From NCBI GenBank assembly GCA_963787445.1, contig CAWBCT010000005.1, positions 96,001 to 160,000 on the forward strand: a stretch of DNA of 64,000 bases. Direction: 5' to 3'. A model generated the notes under the pieces. It did not search any database, was not told where the DNA came from, and worked only from the letters and a program-made list of their open reading frames with translations. This DNA is from an uncultured archaeon. Its GTDB lineage: Archaea > Micrarchaeota > Micrarchaeia > Micrarchaeales > CABMGC01. A program made the position numbers and the translations under genes. Below, piece after piece: positions 47,687 through 56,287 of the stretch (positions are counted from its first letter, which is position 1; every line of letters starts with the position of its first letter).

Positions 47687-47991
47687 TGCCTGATATCTGT
47701 CCAAAGTGCGGTCTCCCTAAGGAGATCTGCGTATGCGATGTACTTAACAAAGAGACAAACCGCCGCATAAAGGTCTACACCGAGAAGAAGAAGTTCAGAA
47801 AATACATGACCGTAGTGTCGGGTCTGTCTGGCGACGAGATGGAGAAAACCGCAAAGGAATTGAAGCATATCCTAGCCTGCGGCGGAACCTCAAAGAACGG
47901 GATGATCGAGCTTCAGGGCGAGCACAAGGATGCGGTGAAGAAGGCGCTTCTCGACCTGGGCTACCCTCAAGAAAGCATTGATGCGGCCTGA
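47686..47991 (+). CDS. translation initiation factor aIF1 (SUI1/YciH)
   Basis: ICPKCGLPKEICVC, LKHILACGGTSK, IELQGEH. Confidence 0.95.
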   Translation: MPDICPKCGLPKEICVCDVLNKETNRRIKVYTEKKKFRKYMTVVSGLSGDEMEKTAKELKHILACGGTSKNGMIELQGEHKDAVKKALLDLGYPQESIDAA

Positions 47992-48108
47992 TTGGCATGA
48001 GTTTTAGGTACAACTCAATTCAAATTATTTCTAAAAAAAACTTTCAGAAAGTTTTTTCCTGTTCCAAAATCTCCGTGGACCACAGGGTATGTTGAAGATA
48101 TATGCAGC

Positions 48109-48744
48109 GTGAACCTGGTTCCTCCGGATAAACTGAAATCATTTTTCGCTGAATGCATAAAGAAACTTCAGGATGTCAAAGGGAAGGAGATAGGGGATTA
48201 TCTTGAATTTGGCGTATTCAATGGTTCCTCGATGTCAAGCATGTATCTGACTGCAAAAAGTTTAGGCATCAATTCGACAAGATTCTTTGGTTTTGATGCA
48301 TTTCAGGGTCTCCCTGAAGGTGCAGAGAAGGAGGATGACGGGGTTTGGAAGAAAGGTTTCTACACCTGCTCTTTTGAAAAGATGCAGGACTGCTTAAGGA
48401 GAAAGGAGATTGACCCGAGCAAGATCAATTGGATAAAAGGATGGTACAACAAAACGCTTAACAAAGAAACAATTGGTAAATTCGGCATAAAGAAAATCGG
48501 GATCGCATTTATTGATTGTGACACTTACAGTTCATCAAAGGCTGTGCTTGATTTCATTGGGCCGTTGCTTACAGAACAGGCAATCCTCTGTTTTGACGAC
48601 TGGAAATTAAACGACCTTGATGTAAAGGGAATGGGAGAATACAAATCGTTTAACGAATTTTTAGAGAAAAACAAGCATCTGGAAGCGAAAGAGATAAAGT
48701 CGTACAATAGGAAATCGCGCTCATTTTTAATTAAGCCACGGTAA
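48109..48744 (+). CDS. TylF/MycF/NovP-family O-methyltransferase (5' end possibly frameshifted)
   Basis: DYLEFGVFNGSS, FFGFDAFQGLP, IKGWY, IDCDTYSS, FDDW; AT-rich relative to neighbours. Confidence 0.85.
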   Translation: MNLVPPDKLKSFFAECIKKLQDVKGKEIGDYLEFGVFNGSSMSSMYLTAKSLGINSTRFFGFDAFQGLPEGAEKEDDGVWKKGFYTCSFEKMQDCLRRKEIDPSKINWIKGWYNKTLNKETIGKFGIKKIGIAFIDCDTYSSSKAVLDFIGPLLTEQAILCFDDWKLNDLDVKGMGEYKSFNEFLEKNKHLEAKEIKSYNRKSRSFLIKPR

Positions 48745-48749
48745 TTTAA

Positions 48750-49388
48750 TTACTTTTCTGTACTGCTAGGACAGATATTTTTTAGTACGCATCTTTCACA
48801 ATATTTTGTCCTAGCCGTACAAGTATCTCTACCTAACGCGATAAGTAGGTTGGAGGTAACCTTCCATCTCTCCTCGGGTATTATTTTAATCAAATCCTTC
48901 TCTATCTTGTCTGCAACCTTGTGACGAGTGAATCCTAGCCTCTGGGTTACGGTTATGCAGTGCGTGTCTATGGCTATTCCTTCTGAGATTCCGAAGCCCT
49001 CGTTGAGCATTACGTTCGCAACCTTCCTTCCCACGCCGGGCAGCTCCATCAATTCGGGGATGGTGCGGGGGACATCGCCGCCGTAAACGTCAATAATCAT
49101 CTTTGCAGCCCGCTTTACGTGGCGCGCCTTCGTCTTGTAGTAGTTCAGTCCACTTATATCTCTTGAGAGCTTGCGCAGGTCCGCATTCGCGTAGTCGGAG
49201 AAGGTCTTGTACTTCCTGAACAGCTCTGTCGTGACCACATTGACCTGCTTGTCCGTACACTGCGGCGAGAGCATTATGGCGACGAGAAGCTGGGTCCTGT
49301 TCCTGTGGCTAAGCTCGGTGTGGAGCTTGTCGCTGTAGCGCTCCAGGAGCAGGTCAAGGACCCTGTTTGCATACGCGGTTTTGTTCAG
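48750..49388 (-). CDS. nth: endonuclease III (HhH-GPD, 4Fe-4S)
   Basis: LSPQCTD, LPGVGRKVAN, IDTH, C-X6-C-X2-C-X5-C; Nth-like sequence continues upstream of the ATG at 49274 to a probable CTG start at 49388. Confidence 0.92.
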   Translation of the reverse strand: MNKTAYANRVLDLLLERYSDKLHTELSHRNRTQLLVAIMLSPQCTDKQVNVVTTELFRKYKTFSDYANADLRKLSRDISGLNYYKTKARHVKRAAKMIIDVYGGDVPRTIPELMELPGVGRKVANVMLNEGFGISEGIAIDTHCITVTQRLGFTRHKVADKIEKDLIKIIPEERWKVTSNLLIALGRDTCTARTKYCERCVLKNICPSSTEK

Positions 49389-49456
49389 GCAATCACGGGA
49401 TTCGTTGAGATATGCTTATATTAATAATCGCCTTTAATAAAAAGTAGGATGTTTCG

Positions 49457-49987
49457 ATGAAAGCGCAGTTCTGGTCGTTCGATATGATCTTCGCCATCGT
49501 CATCTTCGTGGTCTCCATAATAATACTGTTGTATGCGTGGATAACCATAAGCGGCCAGTTCTCGCTCTCCTATGGCAGCAGCGTAAACATAATGCAGTGG
49601 CAGATGCAGAACCTGGGCGTTAGCCTGCTGCTTCCGGGCCAGCCGACAAACTGGGATGCCGCAATCAACACCACGAACACGATCACCTGGAGCAACGTGA
49701 CTGTGGGCTTCGGCAACCTGAGCAACAGCGGGCTCTCCTACAATAAGGTAATGACGTTCGCCTCGATGGCGAATGCAAATTACTCGGAGACCAAGGCGCT
49801 TCTCGGTGTTGGCTACGATTATTACATAAACATCGGGAGCAGCAGCTTCAACATCACGATTGGGAGGAACCCGGTGCTCTACAACCCCGTCTCCATCCAG
49901 GTCCTCAACGAGCCGGTGGTGATAGGCGGGATTCCCGCAACGATGACCATAAGGGTGTGGACAAATACCACTTTCGGCATAGGCTAA
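49457..49987 (+). CDS. type IV pilin-like protein with class III signal peptide
   Basis: MKAQ-FWSFDMIFAIVIFVVSIIILL: basic residue, AQ cleavage motif, acidic +5 region, hydrophobic helix; sequon-rich body; adjacent to the Tad locus. Confidence 0.7.
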   Translation: MKAQFWSFDMIFAIVIFVVSIIILLYAWITISGQFSLSYGSSVNIMQWQMQNLGVSLLLPGQPTNWDAAINTTNTITWSNVTVGFGNLSNSGLSYNKVMTFASMANANYSETKALLGVGYDYYINIGSSSFNITIGRNPVLYNPVSIQVLNEPVVIGGIPATMTIRVWTNTTFGIG

Positions 49988-50010
49988 CCGAACTTAAAGA
50001 ATAAGGTTAG

Positions 50011-50559
50011 TTACTTGTATCCTTTCTTCTTGTAAACATATTTTGTTAAATCGTAGGCTAATGTGTAGCTAAGAAACGCTCCGAATACAATCCAGTTTCC
50101 ATAAAACAGACAATAGATGAATGTCGGGACTGGATAATACAGCATTGACTCGGTTAGTAGGTTCACAATCTTTTTCTTTGTCTTTACGACGTCCCCAACG
50201 TAATCTTTTAATGAGCCAAAAATCAAAAATACAAAGTAGAATACTAAAAATAATATAGGGTTGAAGGTTTGTGAGAACAGAAAGGCGATTATAATTATCG
50301 AGGCTGCAACCTGATGATTCAGATAGTCAAGTCTGTTCCTTATGATAAATGCGAGGGTCATAGCGAGTAAAATGTTGGCAATCAAGGTGTTACTTAATAC
50401 AAGTAATACTGCCACCAGACCTTCAAGAAGACCAAAAAGCAGGGCGCTGCCTTTAAACCATTTCAATCCATGCTCGTCCAGAAGATCAGCAATCTTCATC
50501 GTTATTCCGAACAGCAATGCGTAAAGTATAATCATAGGAAAGGAGAACAAATCTATCAT
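50011..50559 (-). CDS. polytopic membrane protein (AT-rich)
   Basis: About 6 hydrophobic segments, KIADLLDEHG motif; start MIDL at 50559. Confidence 0.7.
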   Translation of the reverse strand: MIDLFSFPMIILYALLFGITMKIADLLDEHGLKWFKGSALLFGLLEGLVAVLLVLSNTLIANILLAMTLAFIIRNRLDYLNHQVAASIIIIAFLFSQTFNPILFLVFYFVFLIFGSLKDYVGDVVKTKKKIVNLLTESMLYYPVPTFIYCLFYGNWIVFGAFLSYTLAYDLTKYVYKKKGYK

Positions 50560-50560
50560 T

Positions 50561-51568
50561 TTAGACTCCTCCAGTAACTGAGCCGAGTATCGAGCCGAAG
50601 ACCGCTGACACAACGTAGAAGATCACGAGGCTCAGCACGATGTAGAGCGGCACGAAGCGAAGCCCCTTGATAAGCGAGCCGGAGGAGATGGCTGACACTA
50701 TCAGTGAACTCATCCCGCTGACAATCACGATGGCGACGAGCGAGAAGAGGTTGTACTGGGCGGGCTGGACCGTCGGCGGGTGCGGCTTGAGGAACGAGAG
50801 CGAGGAGCTCTGGGTTATCGCGCCGAGGCCGCCGTTGCCCTGCTGGAGTATGTGGCCCCAGATCGTGTCCGTTATCGAAATCATCTTGTTGGTCAGGCCG
50901 AACAGCACCGGCGCGGCCACCACCGCCGCAAAGGTGATGAAGATCGTGTACATGAAGAGCTGGCCCGAGATCTCCTTCTGGATTGTGAGCTGGTTGCGGA
51001 GGTCCTTCGAGATCTGGTTGAGTATGTCCGCCATCCCGCCGCCGTAGCGGAGCGCCTCGGACATCATGCGCGTGGTCCTCTTGAGAGAGTTGCAGCGGTA
51101 TCGGGCGGAAAGGTTCGCGAGCGCGTTCTGCATCGTCTCGCCGGAGTAGAGCTGCTTGCCCATCAGGAGCACGTCATCCTTGAAGTACAGGAACTCGGGC
51201 CTTGCGGAGCCTATGAGCGCCTTGTCGAGCGAGACCCCGCTGCGGATGTTCGCCGCGGTGAGCTGCAGGTATTCCGGAAGGATGCTCTCGACGAAGGACC
51301 TCCTCTGGTCTATGCGGTACTCGAGTATGGCGTAGAGGGAGGTCTCGTAGAGCAGCGCCAGGAGTATGCCGAAGGCGACTGCGAGTATGTAGCTGAGGCC
51401 CAGGAACAGGAACGAGGCGAACGCAGCGCCCACGAAAATGATGAGGCCGAGGACGATGGCGATCCTGATGAAGGCGTTTACGCCCATCTTCACTCCCGAA
51501 AGGTCGAGCTCCTGCGAGATAAACCGCACCAGGCCCCTTGAAATCAGCTGTTCGAATGAGATTGCCAT
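50561..51568 (-). CDS. type II secretion F-family (TadC/FlaJ-like) membrane platform protein
   Basis: LPEYLQLTAANIRSGVSLDKAL, ALRYGGGMADILNQISKD, TM helices. Confidence 0.88.
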   Translation of the reverse strand: MAISFEQLISRGLVRFISQELDLSGVKMGVNAFIRIAIVLGLIIFVGAAFASFLFLGLSYILAVAFGILLALLYETSLYAILEYRIDQRRSFVESILPEYLQLTAANIRSGVSLDKALIGSARPEFLYFKDDVLLMGKQLYSGETMQNALANLSARYRCNSLKRTTRMMSEALRYGGGMADILNQISKDLRNQLTIQKEISGQLFMYTIFITFAAVVAAPVLFGLTNKMISITDTIWGHILQQGNGGLGAITQSSSLSFLKPHPPTVQPAQYNLFSLVAIVIVSGMSSLIVSAISSGSLIKGLRFVPLYIVLSLVIFYVVSAVFGSILGSVTGGV

Positions 51569-51572
51569 GGTA

Positions 51573-52649
51573 TCACGTGCTGAAGATGGGCCTCGAGTTC
51601 TTTATCAGGTTAAGGAAGACCGCCTGAAGGCCGACTATTCCGACTATGACAAAGATGAGGGTCGTGGCGTCGACGGTGAAGAGGCTGATGAACGTGGACA
51701 TGATGACTGCTATGGCAACGCCCATGCTCGGGAAGATTACTCCGAAAAGCATGTAGAACATCGCGAGCGCGTTCAGCTTCTGCCCGTACCGGCGGAGCTC
51801 GATCACGCGCTCCTGCATGATGTCGTCCACCACGCTCTGGAGCGAGCCGGTGACGTCCGCACCCACCCTTATGCTCAGGCTCGCCTGCTGCATGATCCTC
51901 TTGAACGTCTTTGAGTGGCTCTTCTCCGTGACCTCCTCTATCGCCTGCTCGATCGGGGAGCCGAGCTGGATGAGCGAGACTATCTTGACGAACTCCTGGC
52001 TCGCCGCGCCGTAGCCGGTGCTCACCGCGGTCATCGCGTTGAAGAGCGGCATTCCCGACCTCATGCTTATGACCAGGTCGCGGGTTGCAAACAGAATGTC
52101 GCGCTCTATCGCCTTGCCGATCTGGTTGCTGCGCGCGATCGGGTAGCTGATGAACTTGTTGAATAGGATGTTGTAGAATGCGAGGATGCAGACCAGTCCC
52201 AGGACCAGGCTGACTGCGAAGCTGAGGTTGAGGAGCGTGAACACGTAGGTGGTTATTATGCCGAGCGCTACGGCGAGTAGGACGGCGAACATCGCCATGC
52301 GCTTTACGAAGGCGTAGGGCTCGCTCTTCAGGTTTATCTCTCGGAGCGCATCATCAAGCCCCTTCTTGTTCGTGGCTATCCTCAGGAAATATTTTATCTT
52401 CCTGGGCGCAGGCCTCATGGCCTGTTGCCTTGGGGAAGGTGCTGGTGCGGCTGCGGCCTTTGGCACGGGCTGCGTCCTAAGCTTCGGCTCCGGTACGGGC
52501 TTTGAGGGCTTGAGCGGCTTCGCGTCTCCCGCATAGATCGGCTTGGATCGGATCTTGAAGCCAAGAAACTTCTTCGGCTTGGTGTAGCCCACCGGGCCAG
52601 ACTGCCCTGCCGAGGTTCCTGCAGCTTGTTGCGCGTCCAAAACTACCAC
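51573..52649 (-). CDS. type II secretion F-family (TadB/TadC-like) membrane platform protein
   Basis: IERDILFATRDLVISMRSGMPLFNAM..YG..S.EF, YGQKLNALAMFYM. Confidence 0.88.
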   Translation of the reverse strand: MVVLDAQQAAGTSAGQSGPVGYTKPKKFLGFKIRSKPIYAGDAKPLKPSKPVPEPKLRTQPVPKAAAAPAPSPRQQAMRPAPRKIKYFLRIATNKKGLDDALREINLKSEPYAFVKRMAMFAVLLAVALGIITTYVFTLLNLSFAVSLVLGLVCILAFYNILFNKFISYPIARSNQIGKAIERDILFATRDLVISMRSGMPLFNAMTAVSTGYGAASQEFVKIVSLIQLGSPIEQAIEEVTEKSHSKTFKRIMQQASLSIRVGADVTGSLQSVVDDIMQERVIELRRYGQKLNALAMFYMLFGVIFPSMGVAIAVIMSTFISLFTVDATTLIFVIVGIVGLQAVFLNLIKNSRPIFST

Positions 52650-52720
52650 ATTGAGCTGTTTGCGTCGGGCACTGAAAAAAGCGCCGATCGCATCGCCCTA
52701 TTACTATAAAAGAAAATACT

Positions 52721-53401
52721 TTATAAAGGGGTCGGTTGCTGATTTTGCTGAATCAGGACCGGACTCTGCCCGGCCATCAGCTCTATTTTCTGCTTCAGCT
52801 CCGTCAGGCGCTTGTCGCGCATCGCCACGAACTCGCTCGCTTCCGGCGGGGATTTTGCATGCTTTGAGATCCTGTAAAGTGTGAAGACCTCCTGCCTTAT
52901 TATCCGCATCTTCTCTTCGTCAAAGGCGTTCTCGTCCATGCCCAGGTTGATCTTCTCGAGCTCCGAGATCTGGTCCTGTAGCGAAAGCGATACCAGAACC
53001 GAGTCCTTCGCGGTGAAAACAAGCGCATCCTCCACAAGCGCCTCATACTCCCTGCGTGCGAGGGCGGAGAGCCGGCCGAACTCCTGCTTCGCCAGGGCCA
53101 GCTCCTTGGTGAATGCGGATGAGCTTGCGCTCCCAACCATCTGGCCCGCGCGGGCGACCTTCGCCTCCACCTGGGCAACCTTGGCCTCTTTCTGCTCCCT
53201 CTCCTTCTGCTCCTTCTGGACCTGCTCCATGCTCGTCAACTTTGCTATCGAGCGGAGCGCGTCGTCGTAGTTGTAGTCGGATGTCAGGACCTGTTCGCCT
53301 ATCGCACCGCTCGTGTCTATGAGCATCGACTCCTGCATCGAGGCGTCGGTCCTGTTGAGCGCATCAAGCATTTTTTGATAATCTGGTTCGAGCTCGGCCA
53401 A
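52721..53401 (-). CDS. coiled-coil hypothetical protein in pilus operon
   Basis: TTG start after GGTGA RBS; heptad-rich; LVSLSLQDQISELEKI segment. Confidence 0.7.
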   Translation of the reverse strand: MAELEPDYQKMLDALNRTDASMQESMLIDTSGAIGEQVLTSDYNYDDALRSIAKLTSMEQVQKEQKEREQKEAKVAQVEAKVARAGQMVGSASSSAFTKELALAKQEFGRLSALARREYEALVEDALVFTAKDSVLVSLSLQDQISELEKINLGMDENAFDEEKMRIIRQEVFTLYRISKHAKSPPEASEFVAMRDKRLTELKQKIELMAGQSPVLIQQNQQPTPL

Positions 53402-53411
53402 TTTTTCACCA

Positions 53412-54908
53412 TCACTTGAACAGGTCGGGGGTGAAGGCGACGTTGTTCTTCACTATGTCGAGCATCTTCGAGTTGTTGCGGTAGTACTGCGCAACGATGT
53501 TGCCGCAGATGTCCACGTTGACCACGTTGTTCTGCACCATCCAGTCGAGCACGGACTTCTTCTCCGCGAGGTCCTGCTTTATCTCCTCCGGGGTGTAGCC
53601 GCCGTAGAGCGAGATCGTCTGCGCCAGCCTGGACAGCTCAGACACGTCCGAGAAGGTGTCTGCGCGCATGTTCCATCTCTTTATTACCGAGACGTCGCCC
53701 GATGCGGTCACCTCGCCGAACTCAAACAGCCTGCGGATCCCGAGCCTGCGGTGCCTGAACAGGGAGACTATGCCTCCTATGGAGTTGAGCATGATCTTGG
53801 GCACGCCTATGGGCGGGTTCGTCATCCTGACCACGGTGTCCTGGGCGCTGTCCGCGTGGACTGTGCCGTACACCGCGTGGCCGGTGTGAATCGCCTCGAA
53901 CAGCGTCTCGGCGTCGGTCTTGACCCTTATCTCGCCGATGAGCATCAGGTCCGGCCTCTGCCGCAGCGCGTTGATCATGAGGTCGTACAGCTCCACCTTG
54001 CCCTTGCCCTCCGGGTTCGCCTGCCTCGTCTGCATCGGCACCCACTGGAGGAAGCTCGGCAGCGTGAGCTCTCTGGTCTCCTCTACGGAGACGATGCGCC
54101 GGTTCGGGGGCATAAAGATGCTCATCGCGTTTAGGAAGCTCGTCTTCCCGCTGGCCGTCCCACCCGAGATGAGCAGGCTGATCTCGTTCTGTATCGCAAG
54201 CCAGATGAGGCTCGCCATGCTGCTGGAGATGGTCTTGTTCGCGACGAGCGCGGTCATGCTCCACGGGTTCTTGGAGAACTTTCTTATGGTGATCGTGTTG
54301 CCCTTCGCCGAGATGGGATAAAGCGTTGCGTTTACCCTGGAGCCGTCAGGCAACTCGGCGTCCATCATCGGGACCAGGTTGCTTATCTCCCTGCCGACGC
54401 GCCTGCCGATCTGCTCCGAGATCTGGTAGATGTCCTCCTCGGTCCTTATCTGTATGTTGGTCTTGCACCAGCCGTAGGTGTTATGGAATATCCAGGCTGG
54501 CTCCTGCGCGGTGTTGACCACGACCTCTTCCAGGTCGAAGTCCGCAAGGAGGACCTCCATGTCGCCCAGGCCGAGCAGCATGTTTGTAAGGTATGAGATC
54601 AGCACCTTGCGCGAGGCCTCGGGGGTGCCGGGAAGGTACTTGTCTATCACCGGGACAGCTGCCTTGGCGTACTTTGAGCTGAGCTCGAGTATGTACTTCT
54701 GGTCCTCGACGCGGGTCTGGTCGATCGGCACGAGCGAGAGAAGTTCGGGACGCAGCGAGAGCAGCAGCAGCTTTGTGGCGTCGCCTATGCCCGGGAAGGT
54801 CACCGTGTACTGCGGCACGTAGTCCTCGCTCTTCGAGATCTCTACCTGCACCCTCATCCCGTTCGCATCGAGTTCGTACTTCTTGAGTATTTCGGTGTTT
54901 TCTGGCAT
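53412..54908 (-). CDS. type IV pilus/Tad assembly ATPase (FlaI/TadA/VirB11 family)
   Basis: DAELPDGSRVNATL, TIRKF, GGTASGKTS, SVEETREL, ALRQRPD...GEIR, HTGH..YGTVHA. Confidence 0.93.
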   Translation of the reverse strand: MPENTEILKKYELDANGMRVQVEISKSEDYVPQYTVTFPGIGDATKLLLLSLRPELLSLVPIDQTRVEDQKYILELSSKYAKAAVPVIDKYLPGTPEASRKVLISYLTNMLLGLGDMEVLLADFDLEEVVVNTAQEPAWIFHNTYGWCKTNIQIRTEEDIYQISEQIGRRVGREISNLVPMMDAELPDGSRVNATLYPISAKGNTITIRKFSKNPWSMTALVANKTISSSMASLIWLAIQNEISLLISGGTASGKTSFLNAMSIFMPPNRRIVSVEETRELTLPSFLQWVPMQTRQANPEGKGKVELYDLMINALRQRPDLMLIGEIRVKTDAETLFEAIHTGHAVYGTVHADSAQDTVVRMTNPPIGVPKIMLNSIGGIVSLFRHRRLGIRRLFEFGEVTASGDVSVIKRWNMRADTFSDVSELSRLAQTISLYGGYTPEEIKQDLAEKKSVLDWMVQNNVVNVDICGNIVAQYYRNNSKMLDIVKNNVAFTPDLFK

Positions 54909-54913
54909 TCAGC

Positions 54914-56200
54914 TCACTTCCTCGCTGGCGCCGGCGGAACGATGTCCGCAAGCTCTTCGCTGGTCACTCCGAGCTTGGCGTTGAGCTCCTTGAGCTTCTT
55001 TGCGTTCCCCTTGGTCTTCTCGTCTATCTCGCGCACTAGCCGGCCCTTGTCGGCTCCGGTCTTCTTCGACCTGCTGAGCTCCTGAAGCTGCTTGGAGAAG
55101 AGGTCCAGCTCCTTCTTGAGCTGCTCCTTCTGCTTCTCAATCTCATCGACGCCGCGGCGCATCTCATCGAGCTTCTGCTCCACGGAGCCTACCTTGTTGA
55201 GCTCCACCGCCTGGTTGGAGAGCATCAGGTCGAGGCTGTTGAACTTCTTTGAGGCGTTGCCGTAGAGCGCGTCTATGCTGCTCTGCGCCCTGGTGTAGCG
55301 GTCGATGAACGTCTCGCGGTCCTTGGACGCCCTGGAGAGGTACTTCTCGAAGCTCCTCTTGTACGCCTCGGCTTCCTTCTTGTAGGTCGAGAGCTGCTGC
55401 TCGGCGGTCTGCGAGAAGGCGTCCAGGCGCTTGCTCTCCTCCTTGACGCTCTCCGAGAACGCGATCAGCTTCTTCCTCTCCTCGCTGGTCTTCTGCTCAA
55501 ACTGCCGGATCATCTCGTCGGTGAAGCCGGACATGCCCGAGGCCTTGCTCCTGATGTCCTCTATGAGCGCCTCGGTGTTCTTCGAGATCGTGTCCAGGTT
55601 GTTCACTATGCTCTCCTGGCTCTGCGCCGTGCCCGGCACGATGTTAAGCTCTGAGACGAGCTTGTCCAGGCTCTGCCTGGAGCTGCCTATGCTCTCGAAG
55701 CTCTTGTTCGCCTCAGCGCGGAACGCGTTCAGCTCGGCGGTGTAGCTCTTGAACTCTGCGGACTTGTCCTTGAACTCCTTCTGCATCTGGGAGATGTAGT
55801 TTCGGAGCGCCTTTATCTGCGGTTCCAGCTGGTCTGCGGCGCGGTTCTGGATGACTATTGAATCGTTTAGGATGGAGCTCTTTACCTGGTTGAGCTTGTC
55901 GACCTCCTCGGCGGTAAGCTTCTCGTACCTTACCGGCTCTGCCGTGACAACGGTGGTGGTCTCGCCCGCCTTGACTTCGGACGCCCTTATCGACTCGGTG
56001 AGCGGCGAGACGTACATCTTCCCGAGCTTGTAGGTTATCTTCACCAGCCCGGACTTCTCGAGGACGGTGGACCAGCTCTGGATCGTCTGCTCGCTGGCGC
56101 CCAGGGCTCCCGCCAGTGCCGGGATGTCTGTTTCGCCCCTCTCATTTACGTACTTGAAGAGCGTGTCTATGCCAGTCACTACGTTTTCATCAGCAGCCAT
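54914..56200 (-). CDS. N-terminal winged-helix plus long coiled-coil protein
   Basis: VTGIDTLFKYVNERGETDIPALAGALGASEQTIQSWSTVLEKSGLVKITY followed by ~300 aa of heptads; start MAAD at 56200. Confidence 0.75.
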   Translation of the reverse strand: MAADENVVTGIDTLFKYVNERGETDIPALAGALGASEQTIQSWSTVLEKSGLVKITYKLGKMYVSPLTESIRASEVKAGETTTVVTAEPVRYEKLTAEEVDKLNQVKSSILNDSIVIQNRAADQLEPQIKALRNYISQMQKEFKDKSAEFKSYTAELNAFRAEANKSFESIGSSRQSLDKLVSELNIVPGTAQSQESIVNNLDTISKNTEALIEDIRSKASGMSGFTDEMIRQFEQKTSEERKKLIAFSESVKEESKRLDAFSQTAEQQLSTYKKEAEAYKRSFEKYLSRASKDRETFIDRYTRAQSSIDALYGNASKKFNSLDLMLSNQAVELNKVGSVEQKLDEMRRGVDEIEKQKEQLKKELDLFSKQLQELSRSKKTGADKGRLVREIDEKTKGNAKKLKELNAKLGVTSEELADIVPPAPARK

Positions 56201-56287
56201 CCGCACACACAACAGGACTATATAAATGGGAACTAATAAAAACATGACTAAATAGTTTAGTGTTGGAAAAGATTCTGTGTGAATTTG

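Noticed and set aside
50561-54908. Archaellum (flaI/flaJ) operon
   Set aside because: No archaellins or flaH/F/G; two separate TadB/C-like genes fit a pilus system better
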